Assembly (NCBI GenBank): GCA_964036045.1
Contig: OZ038378.1
Location: 163,308,001-163,372,000 of the forward strand
Direction of reading: 5' to 3'
DNA: 64,000 nucleotides
Origin: Eutreptiella sp. 'Long Island Sound 2002'
Lineage: Eukaryota > Protista > Euglenida
Shown here: in pieces, positions 9,232 to 18,592 of the stretch
Layout of the letters: each line of letters opens with the position of its first letter
How positions within the stretch are numbered: the first letter of the stretch is position 1
The notes under the pieces: generated by a model
What the model was told of the DNA's origin: nothing
Seen by the model: only the letters and a program-made list of their open reading frames with translations
Database searches by the model: none
Made by a program: the position numbers and the translations under genes

Positions 9232-10176
9232 TCATTTAACAACAGGCGAAGTTGCTTCCAGTGAGAAGAGTTTGACTCTTTTGGGCGCCGCCGGGGTGCC
9301 CGTGTGGCAGAGTTGTAGCTGTGGCGTGCGGGGGTGTGGGTAGCGGGGATGGAGCTGCCTGCCTTGATCGGCCAGGCGGTGTGCCTCATTGTTGCCCTCG
9401 ATGGTCACATGCGAGGGGACCTTGATCCAGTGTACGGTGCGTGAATTGTTGTCAAGTTCCATTAGCAGTTGTTCCCACAAGGGGACATTGGAAACTGGTC
9501 CCGACGAGCCGACCCACCCCCGCAGTCGCCAGCGGCGGGCGGCCCCGGATGCTCCCAAAATGACGTATTGTGAATCCGTGCATAGTGCAATGTCACCTGT
9601 GTGAAAGATTTTAAGTGCTCTAATGACCGCCAGGAGCTCGGCGGAATTGTTGGTTTGCCGGTACTCATCCGGGACATATGCAGCGATGCTGGTGTGATGC
9701 TCACAGAAAATGCCATACCCTGCTAGCCTGCCTGCCGGCCCCTCAACAGCGGAGGAACCGTCGGTATAGACTTGCGGGATGCCTTGGTCCTGTAGGTCCT
9801 GCAGGACTTCCTGCAGCTCCTCTGCTTTTTCAAGTTTGCGCATTTGTCGTGCTGTGGCGCGCGCCTTTGCTCTGGCGGGTGGGGGGGTTGGGGGGTTATT
9901 GGGGAATGAGGGGACCGGGTCCGGTTGCTCTGCCATGGGCTGTGCGGTGGTGCACGAGCGGGACGATCGTCGCAGCTTGGTGAGGAACCAGGTGTGGATC
10001 GTATCCGGGATGGGTAGGTAGCGTGGGCACGAGGACCAGAGGTTTAGGACGTGATACCAGTGGTCACAGAATTTGTCCCACGTGACCCTGAAAAATGGCT
10101 GGTGTTTTTTGGTGCATCGTAGCGACCAGTTGGTGATAACGGCGGACCGGCCCACAAGGCCTGCTGGGGTGCTCAA
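9232..10176 (-). CDS. C-terminal part of LINE ORF2 with an RNase HI domain
   Basis: VYTDGS, QTNNSAELLAV, CTDSQYV, WRLRGWVGSSGPVSNVPLW, WIKVPSH, GNNEAHRLA (last catalytic Asp appears as His). Joins the RT ORF by a frameshift in the A6/T6 runs near 10261-10273. Confidence 0.9.
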   Translation of the reverse strand: MSTPAGLVGRSAVITNWSLRCTKKHQPFFRVTWDKFCDHWYHVLNLWSSCPRYLPIPDTIHTWFLTKLRRSSRSCTTAQPMAEQPDPVPSFPNNPPTPPPARAKARATARQMRKLEKAEELQEVLQDLQDQGIPQVYTDGSSAVEGPAGRLAGYGIFCEHHTSIAAYVPDEYRQTNNSAELLAVIRALKIFHTGDIALCTDSQYVILGASGAARRWRLRGWVGSSGPVSNVPLWEQLLMELDNNSRTVHWIKVPSHVTIEGNNEAHRLADQGRQLHPRYPHPRTPQLQLCHTGTPAAPKRVKLFSLEATSPVVK

Positions 10177-13100
10177 GGAGGCCGCAGGGTCCTCTTGCAG
10201 AAGTTGGGAAACGTTAAAAGGTTGGAAGCCCTCTGGCCTGAAGACCTGATTAATGAATGCAAAAAAGTTTTTTGAACAAATTGGCAGTGATACAGTGTAT
10301 GTGCGACGGTTTCTAGTTCCTGATCAACAGGGCACCACACCTCTAGCGGTTTCCATCTCTGCTGTCGTTGGCCTACAGGGAGCCTGGACCATAATGCCTT
10401 ATGAATAAAATCCTTGTGCCGCGGTGGAAGGTTGCAGCGGTGGAAGGCTTCCCAGACCGAGTCTGGCTGGCGTGGTTTCGGGGAGTATGGTTGTGAAAGA
10501 AGCTCTGCCACTGGTGCTCGTGTCCATGCATACCAAAAGGTAAGGTCCGGAGGGGGTTGGGGGGGCAGTGCAAAAGTGGGCAGGAGAGAGGCGGGGAGCA
10601 GTGGTTGATCCACCTGGAGGCGGTGCCGATAGACGGGTTCCCAGGTGGGAGCAAGCATGGAAAAATAAGTAGGTTGTTCAAGCAATTGTCCAATTGTTAA
10701 AACTCCTTGGCGGATGAGGCGGGGCGCGAAGTAGGTGTGGCAGTGTTCATTCAAGAAAAAGGTCGAGTGCCACGCTGGGGCATCACCGGGTAGCTGGGCG
10801 GGGTGTTCAAAGTGCACATCTTTTTTAACCAGTGAGAAAGCGCGTGCACACCACCCCAGGAAAGGCATAGTCTGTTTAACAACATTTGGTCCTAGCTGAA
10901 AGAAAGGCAGTGATGTCGGGCTTAGGATAATACCCAGGTCGGCAGCAAATGGCTGGAATGATGTGTGTAAAATACTGGGAACGCTCAGTGGGTCTTTAAC
11001 GTAAGCCACAAGTGCTGACGCATGCTGCCAATACAGGAAGGTTTCCGGTGCGGCCAGATTGTATCCTCCCTTGTGCAGAGGGTGGGAGAGAATGTCCAGC
11101 GTGATGGACCAGGAGTTGAGCTTTAATGCAACCTGGTAGACCGTGCGCAGTGCGCTCACCACAGGGTCCGAGGGGAAAACCACTCTCGCTGGATAAATCA
11201 GGAGAGGGAGAATCCAGAGTTTCAGCAGGAGGACCCTTTCAGCTAGCGACAGATCCCATGACTGCATTGCAAAGGCCCGACCAATGGCCTTTTGCAGTGC
11301 ATGGGAGTATGCCACTTCTGGCGTGACATGGCCAAACTCAATCCCCAGGTATTTGTAGCTGTCTTGGAACTGCAGACCGGTCGAGAGTAGCTGGACTTTC
11401 AAACTCTCTGTCCAGTGTCCCTTCAGGAGGATGGCTGACTTTTTGTGGTTAACCATCACTCCTGAGTATTTAGAAAAGGCTTTGAGTGAGCCCCAGACTA
11501 TTAGGAAAACAAAGACAGCTTGCGCTGGTTCCCCGGTCACGATGATGAGCAGATCATCCGCATAGAGCAGAATTTGTACCGTGTCAGAGACACAGGTCAG
11601 CTTCTGAGCCAGTGGTGAAATCAGCATAGCGAATATAGAAGGAGAAAGGGGGCAGCCCTGCCGCACACCCGAGGCAGGGGAGAATCTGTGCTGGGGCATT
11701 ACTCCTCCTCTTACCAGTAAACAAATTGGAGCAGCAAAGATATTCATGAGCAGATTAACTATCGGTAGCGGAATACACATGTCGACGAAAAAGGTCTTGG
11801 CAAAAACGTGAGAAACCGAGTCAAAGGCTTTGCTGAAATCCACTGGGCAGAAAATACCTTGCGGCGTTTCCGCAAACGTACCAAAGGCCTGCCAGAGATT
11901 ATCGAAGATATAGCGGCCTTTAATGAAACCTTTTTGTTGAATCGGGGTGATGGCTGCAATGAAGTCCTGCAGCTGCAGCGCCACAATGTTCGCTACCCAT
12001 TTGTTGCAAATGTTTTGGAGCACCAGGGGTCTGAGGTCCTGCACAGCGGGCAGACCTGCCGTTTTTGGAATAGGATTCAGCATGGCCATGGACCAGGTTT
12101 CAGGCAGGGTAGGATTATCCAACAGTGATTGATAAATTTGGTGCATCAAAGGAACAAAGTGTCCCGAGAAACACTTATAAATAGCTCCTGTAAAACCGTC
12201 AATGCCCGGAGAGGAGGTCGCACTTAGGGCGTCAAGCGCCGCGTGCACCAGGTCAGCTGATGCTGGGCGAATGAGTAACTTGGCCATGTCAGCCAGAGGT
12301 TTACCCTTAAAGAAAGAGCGTAAGTACTCCGTGACCTGAGGGGAGGAGAGCCCTGAGACGGACATTTTGTCAGACCAGAAACCCAGCAGCTCTTGTGCTA
12401 TCGACTCGGGGTCGGGGAGAACCTGGCCTGTTTTGCTGCGGAGCGTGTGCAGTTGCCGTTTCACCTGTAGCTGGCGGGTGAGGCGCCAGATTTCTTGCTT
12501 CCGCCGCCAGGGTTGTGAGGCCCATGGGTCGGATATCGTGGTCTTCAACTTGTCTAGCACCAACTGGCCTGTCTGGTCCTCGTCAGCCTTTTCAGCCAGG
12601 GCGGCAAGGACGCGATAAGCCACATGAGGGTCGGGAATATCATATCCTTTAGCCAAAAGAAAATCGTGGCCTCCGGGGGCTAGCTTATGTGATGTGGATT
12701 CCCTCAATAGAATTTGTACTTCGGTATAGCCCGTGCAGCAATGAGTCCTCTCATATGCGAGGGCTTGTCGGCGGATCAGATCCTGGGAGTCCGCCCATTG
12801 GGCGAGACCTGTAGTTTGCAAACTGGAGAGTTGTGCCTGTATGTCGTCTACAGTCTCTTGGGACTGCAGAAAGGAGACAGGACATCTTTTGCGACGCTGC
12901 TGGTCGCAGGAGGCAGATAAGAGCGAAAAAACTACAGCCTTGTGGTCAGAGGAAGCCAAAAAACATGGATAGCATTCACGTAAAACAGAGACAAAGTTGT
13001 GCGGTACCAGGACGCGGTCAATCCGGCGTCTTCTGTCTGTGCTGATGTCCGTCATGTCCGCTTCGTGCTGACTGACGTCCGGTGGAGGGGCGTCCTTGGG

Positions 13101-13839
13101 GCATAAAGATGGGAAACCCCATGTCCACCCTTCCAGGGGGAAATCTTCAGTGCGGCAGGAGTGTAGCGTAGCAAAGGCGTCCACTAAATCGTGCTGGGCA
13201 ATGAATGATATCTCGCACTCTCTCGCCTCGAGGACATCCTTCTGTTCAGGGGAGGTTCTCAAGGAGGAGACATCTCGGGAGGGCAGGATAACAGAATTGT
13301 GGTCAGACAGAAAAATGGTATCAGAAGGAATGAGATGACGGAGCGATGCTAACTTTTTCCACTGGTGAGTTCTGATGGTGGCATCATGATGGAAATGGCA
13401 GACAGCGAAGGAAAGTTCGATGCCGTCTGGGTCCTGAAGCCTGACGAATAGGAAGCGGCTGGTCCAGGTCCAGCTGTGGACGTGCGTCCATGTGGTGGGG
13501 TATAGGATCGCTACCCCCCCCCCGTCCTTTCGGGGACAGGTTGGTGAGTAACTTGATGTCCCGTTTGGAAAATTGTTCATGCAAGTTGAGCAGGGTTTAC
13601 TCATCCGGAATGTGAGGCTCCTGGAGCCCCATGACATGGAGTTTTGAGCGATGGAAAAATTTCATAATTTGTGTGTACCTGTGCTCGTGGCCTGTGCCGT
13701 TCGGGACCAGGGTGGACAAGCCGTTGGCGTTGAAGGTGCACGCCTTGAGGGAGGCTGCCACAAAATTGGGGGGGGACAGACGTGGATTCTGGTGACCCCC
13801 ATGGGTGGGTAGTATCTTGGTAGCGCAAGTCTTACTCAT
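10173..13839 (-). pseudogene. LINE ORF2: AP endonuclease, reverse transcriptase and CCHC zinc finger
   Basis: APE: TFNANGL, MGLQEPH, GGVAIL, SDHNSV, RIDRVL, SDHKAV. RT: SPGIDG, LRPLVL, QKGFIKGR, VDFSKAFDSV, GVRQGCPLSP, LYADDLL, YKYLG. Zinc finger: CPVDQELETVAHTLYHC. There is a TAA at 13597-13599 and a frameshift in the G run near 13515-13524. Confidence 0.95.
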
Positions 13840-15017
13840 TTGTCATTGCGGGTTGCTCTGGCATACGTGGTTTTGCCAGCTGGTTGCTGGCGTTTCCGAG
13901 CCTCCATAGAGTCTCTCTTTAGGACGTTAAATTCGTTCAGCGGTATGATGGGGATTGATGTATTTTTCTGAGCATCATGCAGGATGACACTGGTCTGGGG
14001 CAGGTGCGGCCCTTGCAGCTTCCATGCCGCGGTGCTCATGCGCCCTGGGTTCCAAGTGGATCTGGTTAATGTGTCAACAACAAAGCCATTCGAAGACAGG
14101 AAATCGCGCACTGCGGTGTCGCGTAGCGAGATAGGTACATTATACGCTACTAGGGCCTGGGGGGGGCTGGTGCCTTCTCCTTGTCCTGACGCGGACGACC
14201 TGGTCGAGCAGACGGAGCTGGCGTCAGACTGGGGGTCAGGATTGAACCAGTCTCGTTGTTTCTCGTCTTTAAAAAGGAGCCCGTTGGCTTGGAGTTGGAC
14301 GTACGGTCCTTGTACAAAAGAGTAGAGATCCTCTGGAGCCTTGAGCCCCAGGCGAACTTTATTGGGTCCTGCGATTTGCAAGGACCACGAGGCCGGATCA
14401 AGCAGTGAGTCTGTCAGAATGGCGTGCAGGGTGAGCCATAGGTTCTTACTATACTGCTCTTTGTGGGGTTTTTTGTAGAAAACCTCCAGTACGGCCTCTT
14501 GATCATGGAAAGCGGAGCCATCGAACTCTCCCAGTGACATAGCTGAAAAGTGATCCTTCTTTTTGTGTGCGTCAATAAACTTGGACCTCTCCTGAGCGTT
14601 GAGGTCGAGCAAGAATATCTTAGTGTGTAATGGTTTGTTGGGAGGGCGGAGATTCATGGGTCCGGCCACATTAAAACACTGGGCTCCAGATAGGCCCATG
14701 TGTAGCATGGTCTGGGACATGTCGTTCTCGGTCATGTGAATCGCAAAAGTTGAAGTGGGGGGAGGTGGTAAGGTGGCATCCTTACTCTCTAGGGTCGAGC
14801 CCTGCGAGAGAAGCCTCACCGTGTTGTAGACCGGTTTGAGTCTCTGCGAGACGGACTGCGGGGTAAAACTGATTACCCAGAAATCCATTGTGCCTCCCGT
14901 CGCCAGGTGGACACGGCGTGTCAATCTGGAGAAAGACTCTGGCGTGGCGGACATCTTCTGTAGTGTCTGATCGCACCACTGGCTGAAAGGAACCTGTGTG
15001 GTGACAGCAATCAACAT
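13836..15017 (-). CDS. LINE ORF1, distal part (ORF1b)
   Basis: 393-codon ORF whose TGA overlaps the ORF2 ATG (ATGA, 13836-13839); the frame stays open upstream to about 15085. Confidence 0.7.
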   Translation of the reverse strand: MLIAVTTQVPFSQWCDQTLQKMSATPESFSRLTRRVHLATGGTMDFWVISFTPQSVSQRLKPVYNTVRLLSQGSTLESKDATLPPPPTSTFAIHMTENDMSQTMLHMGLSGAQCFNVAGPMNLRPPNKPLHTKIFLLDLNAQERSKFIDAHKKKDHFSAMSLGEFDGSAFHDQEAVLEVFYKKPHKEQYSKNLWLTLHAILTDSLLDPASWSLQIAGPNKVRLGLKAPEDLYSFVQGPYVQLQANGLLFKDEKQRDWFNPDPQSDASSVCSTRSSASGQGEGTSPPQALVAYNVPISLRDTAVRDFLSSNGFVVDTLTRSTWNPGRMSTAAWKLQGPHLPQTSVILHDAQKNTSIPIIPLNEFNVLKRDSMEARKRQQPAGKTTYARATRNDK

Positions 15018-15075
15018 ATCGAGACGATTAGGGGGCCATGAGGCAACGGAAACTGGGCTCGCATACGCCCCCGTG

Positions 15076-16458
15076 TCACAGGCGCATGGTCATAACCACA
15101 TTGTTCAGACGATTAGGGGGCAGGTCTCTGTTGAGCCGGTGTTGCAATTCAATACATTGCGAAATTTCAGTGTCCTGGAGCACAAGGACCACGTTTGAGG
15201 ACTCTTTTGGAAAGACGGTTGACAGCTCATCAGTACCTGGTTTGTCCAGGCCTTGCCAGTTTCGGGCCTCGCCGTCCGTGTCGAAGAACTGACAGGACTG
15301 GAGACAAGTGAAATCCTTGTCCCAACGAAGCTGTAACATCAGTTGTTGCTGCTCCGCGGTGTGTAGGGGGGTAGATGCTTTCGGAGTGGGTAGTTTCGCC
15401 ATGCGCTCACGCATGGCGGTGACAGCAGCGACATTGTCCTGGGAGAACCCACAGCGAACAGTGCCCATTGCGGGGGGTGCGGTGCTTGGAGGGGGGGGTA
15501 TTATGTTGGGGGGTGTATCGGGGACTCTGTTTGGGTAGAACCCTTTATCCTTCTTTTTGGCGGGCGAGACCCCTATGGCCACGGCCAGGCGCCGATCCAT
15601 AGATGCTCGTTGGTCGACCAGCACTTGCTGTTGTCGGAGAACCTCTTCTTGCTGTGCTTTGATGGTGATGTCAAGATTGCTGTCTGGGCTCTGTAGCAAG
15701 TTGTAGATGTTCGTCTCCGTTTGCGCCATTTGCTGGTTAACGTGCGTCCATTGGTCGTGTAACTTCTTGCGGGCGGGCTCATCGTTGCCTTCGATCATTT
15801 GGAGCTGCTCCTCACATTCTTTGCTTTGTGCAATTAGGAGGAAAAACGTTTTCCTCGCCTCATACAGTGGTGAGCCGTCCTCGAGCTTGTACTGCTGTAA
15901 CGAGAGCCTGATCGCGGCGGCCAGGTCCTCCAACGCGGCTGTGAGCATCGCTCTGTGTTTGATTGGTTGTTGATCCTGTGGTGGGCCAGCCGCCGTTAGG
16001 ATGTCCAGATGCGCACTGATGGCGGATCGTTTGTGCGTAAGATCGATGATATTTTGCGCTGCCGAGAGGGTCAGGGCCCTCATTATTTGGTCTGGTCCAT
16101 TGGAGTGCTGGGCCACTTCTTCCATCACAGTGTCTGTGTTGGCTTCGGAGGCTCGTTCCATGACCTTTGTGAAGTAGGCTTGTAGGGTCTGTTGACTCTG
16201 TTGCGATAGTATTTCTTTGAAGTGCTGCTTGTCTGGATCCCATTGATGCGGACCCAGAGCCGGGTTTAGGAGGGTTCCCAGAACCACATTGGCTTGGAGT
16301 TGTTTTTGGAGGAGGATGGTCATATCTTCCAGATCTTCCTTCCTGGAGATGTCAAGCAATTGCTGTGCGACCGGCAGGTCCACGAGCGGGATAGGGATCA
16401 TGTTCAAGTCACCCGAGAGGATGGTGTTCGTAGATGTTGCTCCACTGGAACTCGCCAT
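15076..16458 (-). CDS. LINE ORF1, proximal part (ORF1a), coiled-coil rich
   Basis: 460-aa ORF from ATG at 16458, Gln/Leu heptad-like helices, located between the 5' UTR and ORF1b. Confidence 0.8.
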   Translation of the reverse strand: MASSSGATSTNTILSGDLNMIPIPLVDLPVAQQLLDISRKEDLEDMTILLQKQLQANVVLGTLLNPALGPHQWDPDKQHFKEILSQQSQQTLQAYFTKVMERASEANTDTVMEEVAQHSNGPDQIMRALTLSAAQNIIDLTHKRSAISAHLDILTAAGPPQDQQPIKHRAMLTAALEDLAAAIRLSLQQYKLEDGSPLYEARKTFFLLIAQSKECEEQLQMIEGNDEPARKKLHDQWTHVNQQMAQTETNIYNLLQSPDSNLDITIKAQQEEVLRQQQVLVDQRASMDRRLAVAIGVSPAKKKDKGFYPNRVPDTPPNIIPPPPSTAPPAMGTVRCGFSQDNVAAVTAMRERMAKLPTPKASTPLHTAEQQQLMLQLRWDKDFTCLQSCQFFDTDGEARNWQGLDKPGTDELSTVFPKESSNVVLVLQDTEISQCIELQHRLNRDLPPNRLNNVVMTMRL

Positions 16459-16543
16459 ACTCAGGAAGGGGTGTCCGCCCTTTCACCGGTAAGCGGTTGC
16501 GACTGGGGGGGAGCTCAGTCACACCACCAGGACCGGGAGATGA

Positions 16544-16585
16544 CCACGCGTTGCCCTTGCGGCCGCGGTGGAGGTCTCTAGGCGC
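16544..16585 (-). promoter_or_regulatory. 42-nt stem-loop motif, copy in the LINE 5' UTR
   Basis: 38/42 identical to 8948-8989; CCACnGCG pairs with CGCGTGG around a GCAA tetraloop hairpin. Confidence 0.6.
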
Positions 16586-16843
16586 CTGGGGGTGCAGGAG
16601 AGGACCCGGGCCCAGAGGCTCAGTGTGCAAAGAGGCGACCGGTGTTCGGCAGACCTTCAAAAGCGCTGAGTACAGCAGGTCGTTCGTCCACTGTTGCGTA
16701 CTTGTGGAGCAGTGGTGCTTCTGTTGCGGCTGGGAGGCGCTTGGGACGGCTGAGACTTCGTCTCCGTGGTACTCCTCGTAGTAGCAGATGCTTTAGTTGT
16801 GCCTAGGGGCATGATCCCCGGTAGGCAGTCCATGAAAAGACAT

Positions 16844-16859
16844 CGAAAAAAAATAGACA
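16844..16859 (-). other. Relict SL (nt 11-26, TGTCTATTTTTTTTCG) immediately downstream of the full SL
   Basis: Begins exactly after the internal AG of the SL (ACTTTCTGAG|TGTCT). Confidence 0.93.
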
Positions 16860-16885
16860 CGAAAAAAAATAGACACTCAGAAAGT
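16860..16885 (-). other. Complete euglenid spliced-leader exon copied into DNA: ACTTTCTGAGTGTCTATTTTTTTTCG
   Basis: Exact match to the 26-nt Euglena SL as I recall it. It is not followed by a GT intron and sits at the LINE 5' junction. Confidence 0.93.
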
Positions 16886-17514
16886 GGTCTCGGGGCTGTG
16901 GGCCTTGCAGCGGCGGCATTCCCCCGGCGCAGGGGCGGACACAGGGACTTTCCGTCCCGAGGCATTAACCCGTTTGAGGACGCCTCCCTCACGCACGAAC
17001 CAAACCCCTCGCCACCGAAACGAATCCGTCGGGTGGGCGGAGGCCTGAGACCACTGGAGGGCATCCAGCTGCTTGCCCTCGGCTGATTCGGCATCTTCGC
17101 GGGCTCGTTGTCGTCCTTCGTACGCCTTGTGGCTGTCCCATAGGGTGTCCCAGACACGGTTCGCCAGAACCTCCCCGGGAGTCAGGTCCTCGGTGCCCTC
17201 CATGTCCGCTCTAGGCACCTGCTGCACGTACTGCTCCAGGGACTCCGCGGTTTGCTTCATCCACCCGGCCAGGCGCTCACGGCCACGGAACTCCGCCAAG
17301 GCCTCCGTCGTAAGCCGTGGCGTCTTGGGTGAGGCCAGCTCCGCCTTCTCGAGCCTCCTGCGAAGGCCCTCCAATTCTGCTGCCTGTTGCCGGACCAAGG
17401 CCTCCAGTCGGGATTCGTGTGCGAAGAAGGGGATGGTCCAACCGACGGCTCCACGCCGCGATTGTCCGAATCCTTCGGGGGGCTGGCCGACTTGTTGGGG
17501 GTGAAAAGGTTCAT
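16883..17514 (-). pseudogene. Gag-like ORF of element B, split by the LINE insertion
   Basis: ATG at 17514 (MNLFTPNK...), an apparent frameshift into the tracked frame, coiled-coil-like RLEALVRQQAAELEGLRRRLEK, then VSAPAPGECRRCKAH, which resembles the C-terminus of the element A gag. Confidence 0.75.
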
Positions 17515-17525
17515 GGTACAAAAAA

Positions 17526-17598
17526 CAGAAAGTAAAAACACAGTGCCTGAGAGGGGAAGAGGGGGAGGTAAACCAACGGTGACAAGCACCGTGAGTTT
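17526..17598 (-). repeat. Split direct repeat A1 (5' terminus of element B), containing a polypyrimidine tract and AG
   Basis: 71/73 identical to 3132-3204. Minus strand reads TTTACCTCCCCCTCTTCCCCTCTCAG (AG at 17547-17548), 32 nt before the gag ATG at 17514. Confidence 0.9.
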
Positions 17599-18106
17599 GC
17601 TCCCCGGCCTCTGTGAACTCTTGTCCCCCGTCTGTCGCCATGGGCGTCTGGGTTGCTGACGGCGGAGGCCTCACAGCCAGCCGTTGAGCCAAAGCAAAAG
17701 CAGCAGCCGACTATTCGGTGGTGAGGTCGAAGGATTGAACTTCCAGTCTCCAGTTTAGCATCATACCAAACAGCAGCGCGTCTCGGTAGTAGGAGAAGGA
17801 GGTGTTCACCATTGTGACTCCAAGCTGGTCAAAAAAGATGCGGGCAATAGAGGTCCTGTTTACCCTGTTGGAGGAGGCCCACGTGGCTCAGCTGGCCAGT
17901 AAGACTATCGCCCGATGTTCAGCTGGAATCTTCATCGCCAATTTGGGCTGGGCCACGAGTGCCGACCAGGCTGCGTCCAGAATGTCGTGTTGCTCTGAGA
18001 TCAACCGCTCCCAAGACCAGTCTACATCCGTCGACGCTGCCGTCGCATGCTTGAACCGACTAATGGCACCAAAGACAGAAGGCAACTTAAATAGCCTATA
18101 ATACAC
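17599..18106 (-). pseudogene. Gag-like ORF of element A, N-terminal half
   Basis: One reading frame MYYRLFKLP...EAGEQ with two in-frame stops (17888-17890, 17711-17713). It continues in frame into 2805 (EQ-T-PDKSQK) after excising element B. Confidence 0.65.
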
Positions 18107-18504
18107 ACAAGCTGGGGAGAACGGGGCTACAGCAGAACTTTCGTTATTTGAAAACTACAGTTTTATTGGGCAAAATAATGATTTTACAAGGGGTTGGACA
18201 TCCAACATCATGCCTTGGGGTATGCTACGTGAATGACCCCCCAAAGGGGGGGGGGGTATACGACGCACGCGCCTACGCTTGATCTAACAACCTCTCTTCA
18301 AGGTGATTTCAAGTCTCATTCTGCTCTGGGCAGATAGATAGATAGATACTAGTATCATGGGTTATGAGCGCACCAGGATGCCCCTAGGGAAGATGATGGC
18401 AATGATGGCTGGTGTTTCGAGGTGGTAATGCTTTTGATGGGTATGTAACATGGGTTGGAGCAATAAATGTGCATGCAGCACGCACACAAGGCATGTGCAT
18501 AATT

Positions 18505-18592
18505 GTCACCTCATACTCACTCTCACTCTCACTCTCACTCTCACACTCGCATTCACGCACACACACACACACACACACACACATGTGTGTGC
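18505..18592. repeat. Compound microsatellite (CTCACT)n and (CA)n
   Basis: Direct reading of the sequence. Confidence 0.85.

Larger units (their letters stand above)
7916..16882 (-). mobile_element. Full-length L1/Tx1-like non-LTR retrotransposon with an SL-capped 5' end, C-terminal RNase H and extra ORF3
   Basis: Flanked by AGTGGTCT(T/C)GGGG at 7903-7915 and 16883-16895 (13-bp TSD, one mismatch). APE, RT, CCHC and RNase H motifs are present. Confidence 0.93.
2806..17598 (-). mobile_element. YR retrotransposon B with split direct repeats; about 5.8 kb without the LINE insertion; gag-YR-RT/RNaseH-ORF4
   Basis: Repeats A1/A2 and B1/B2, an AAAC core at both ends and at the B1/A2 junction, and recognisable YR, RT and RNase H motifs. 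Confidence 0.92.
1..18106 (-). mobile_element. YR (DIRS-order) retrotransposon A, gag-YR-RT order (VIPER/TATE-like), degenerate, interrupted by element B; 3' part lies beyond the window start and the 5' boundary is approximate
   Basis: Gag-like ORF halves at 17599-18106 and 2153-2805 rejoin in frame when element B is removed. They are followed on the same strand by YR (1033-2032) and RT (1-971). Confidence 0.8.

Noticed and set aside
16844-16885. SL RNA gene, or a site-specific element inserted in an SL gene (SLACS/CRE type)
   Set aside because: No GT intron or Sm site follows the exon, there is no SL/5S array, and the flanks are the gag of element B. The LINE has an AP endonuclease, not a restriction-like one.
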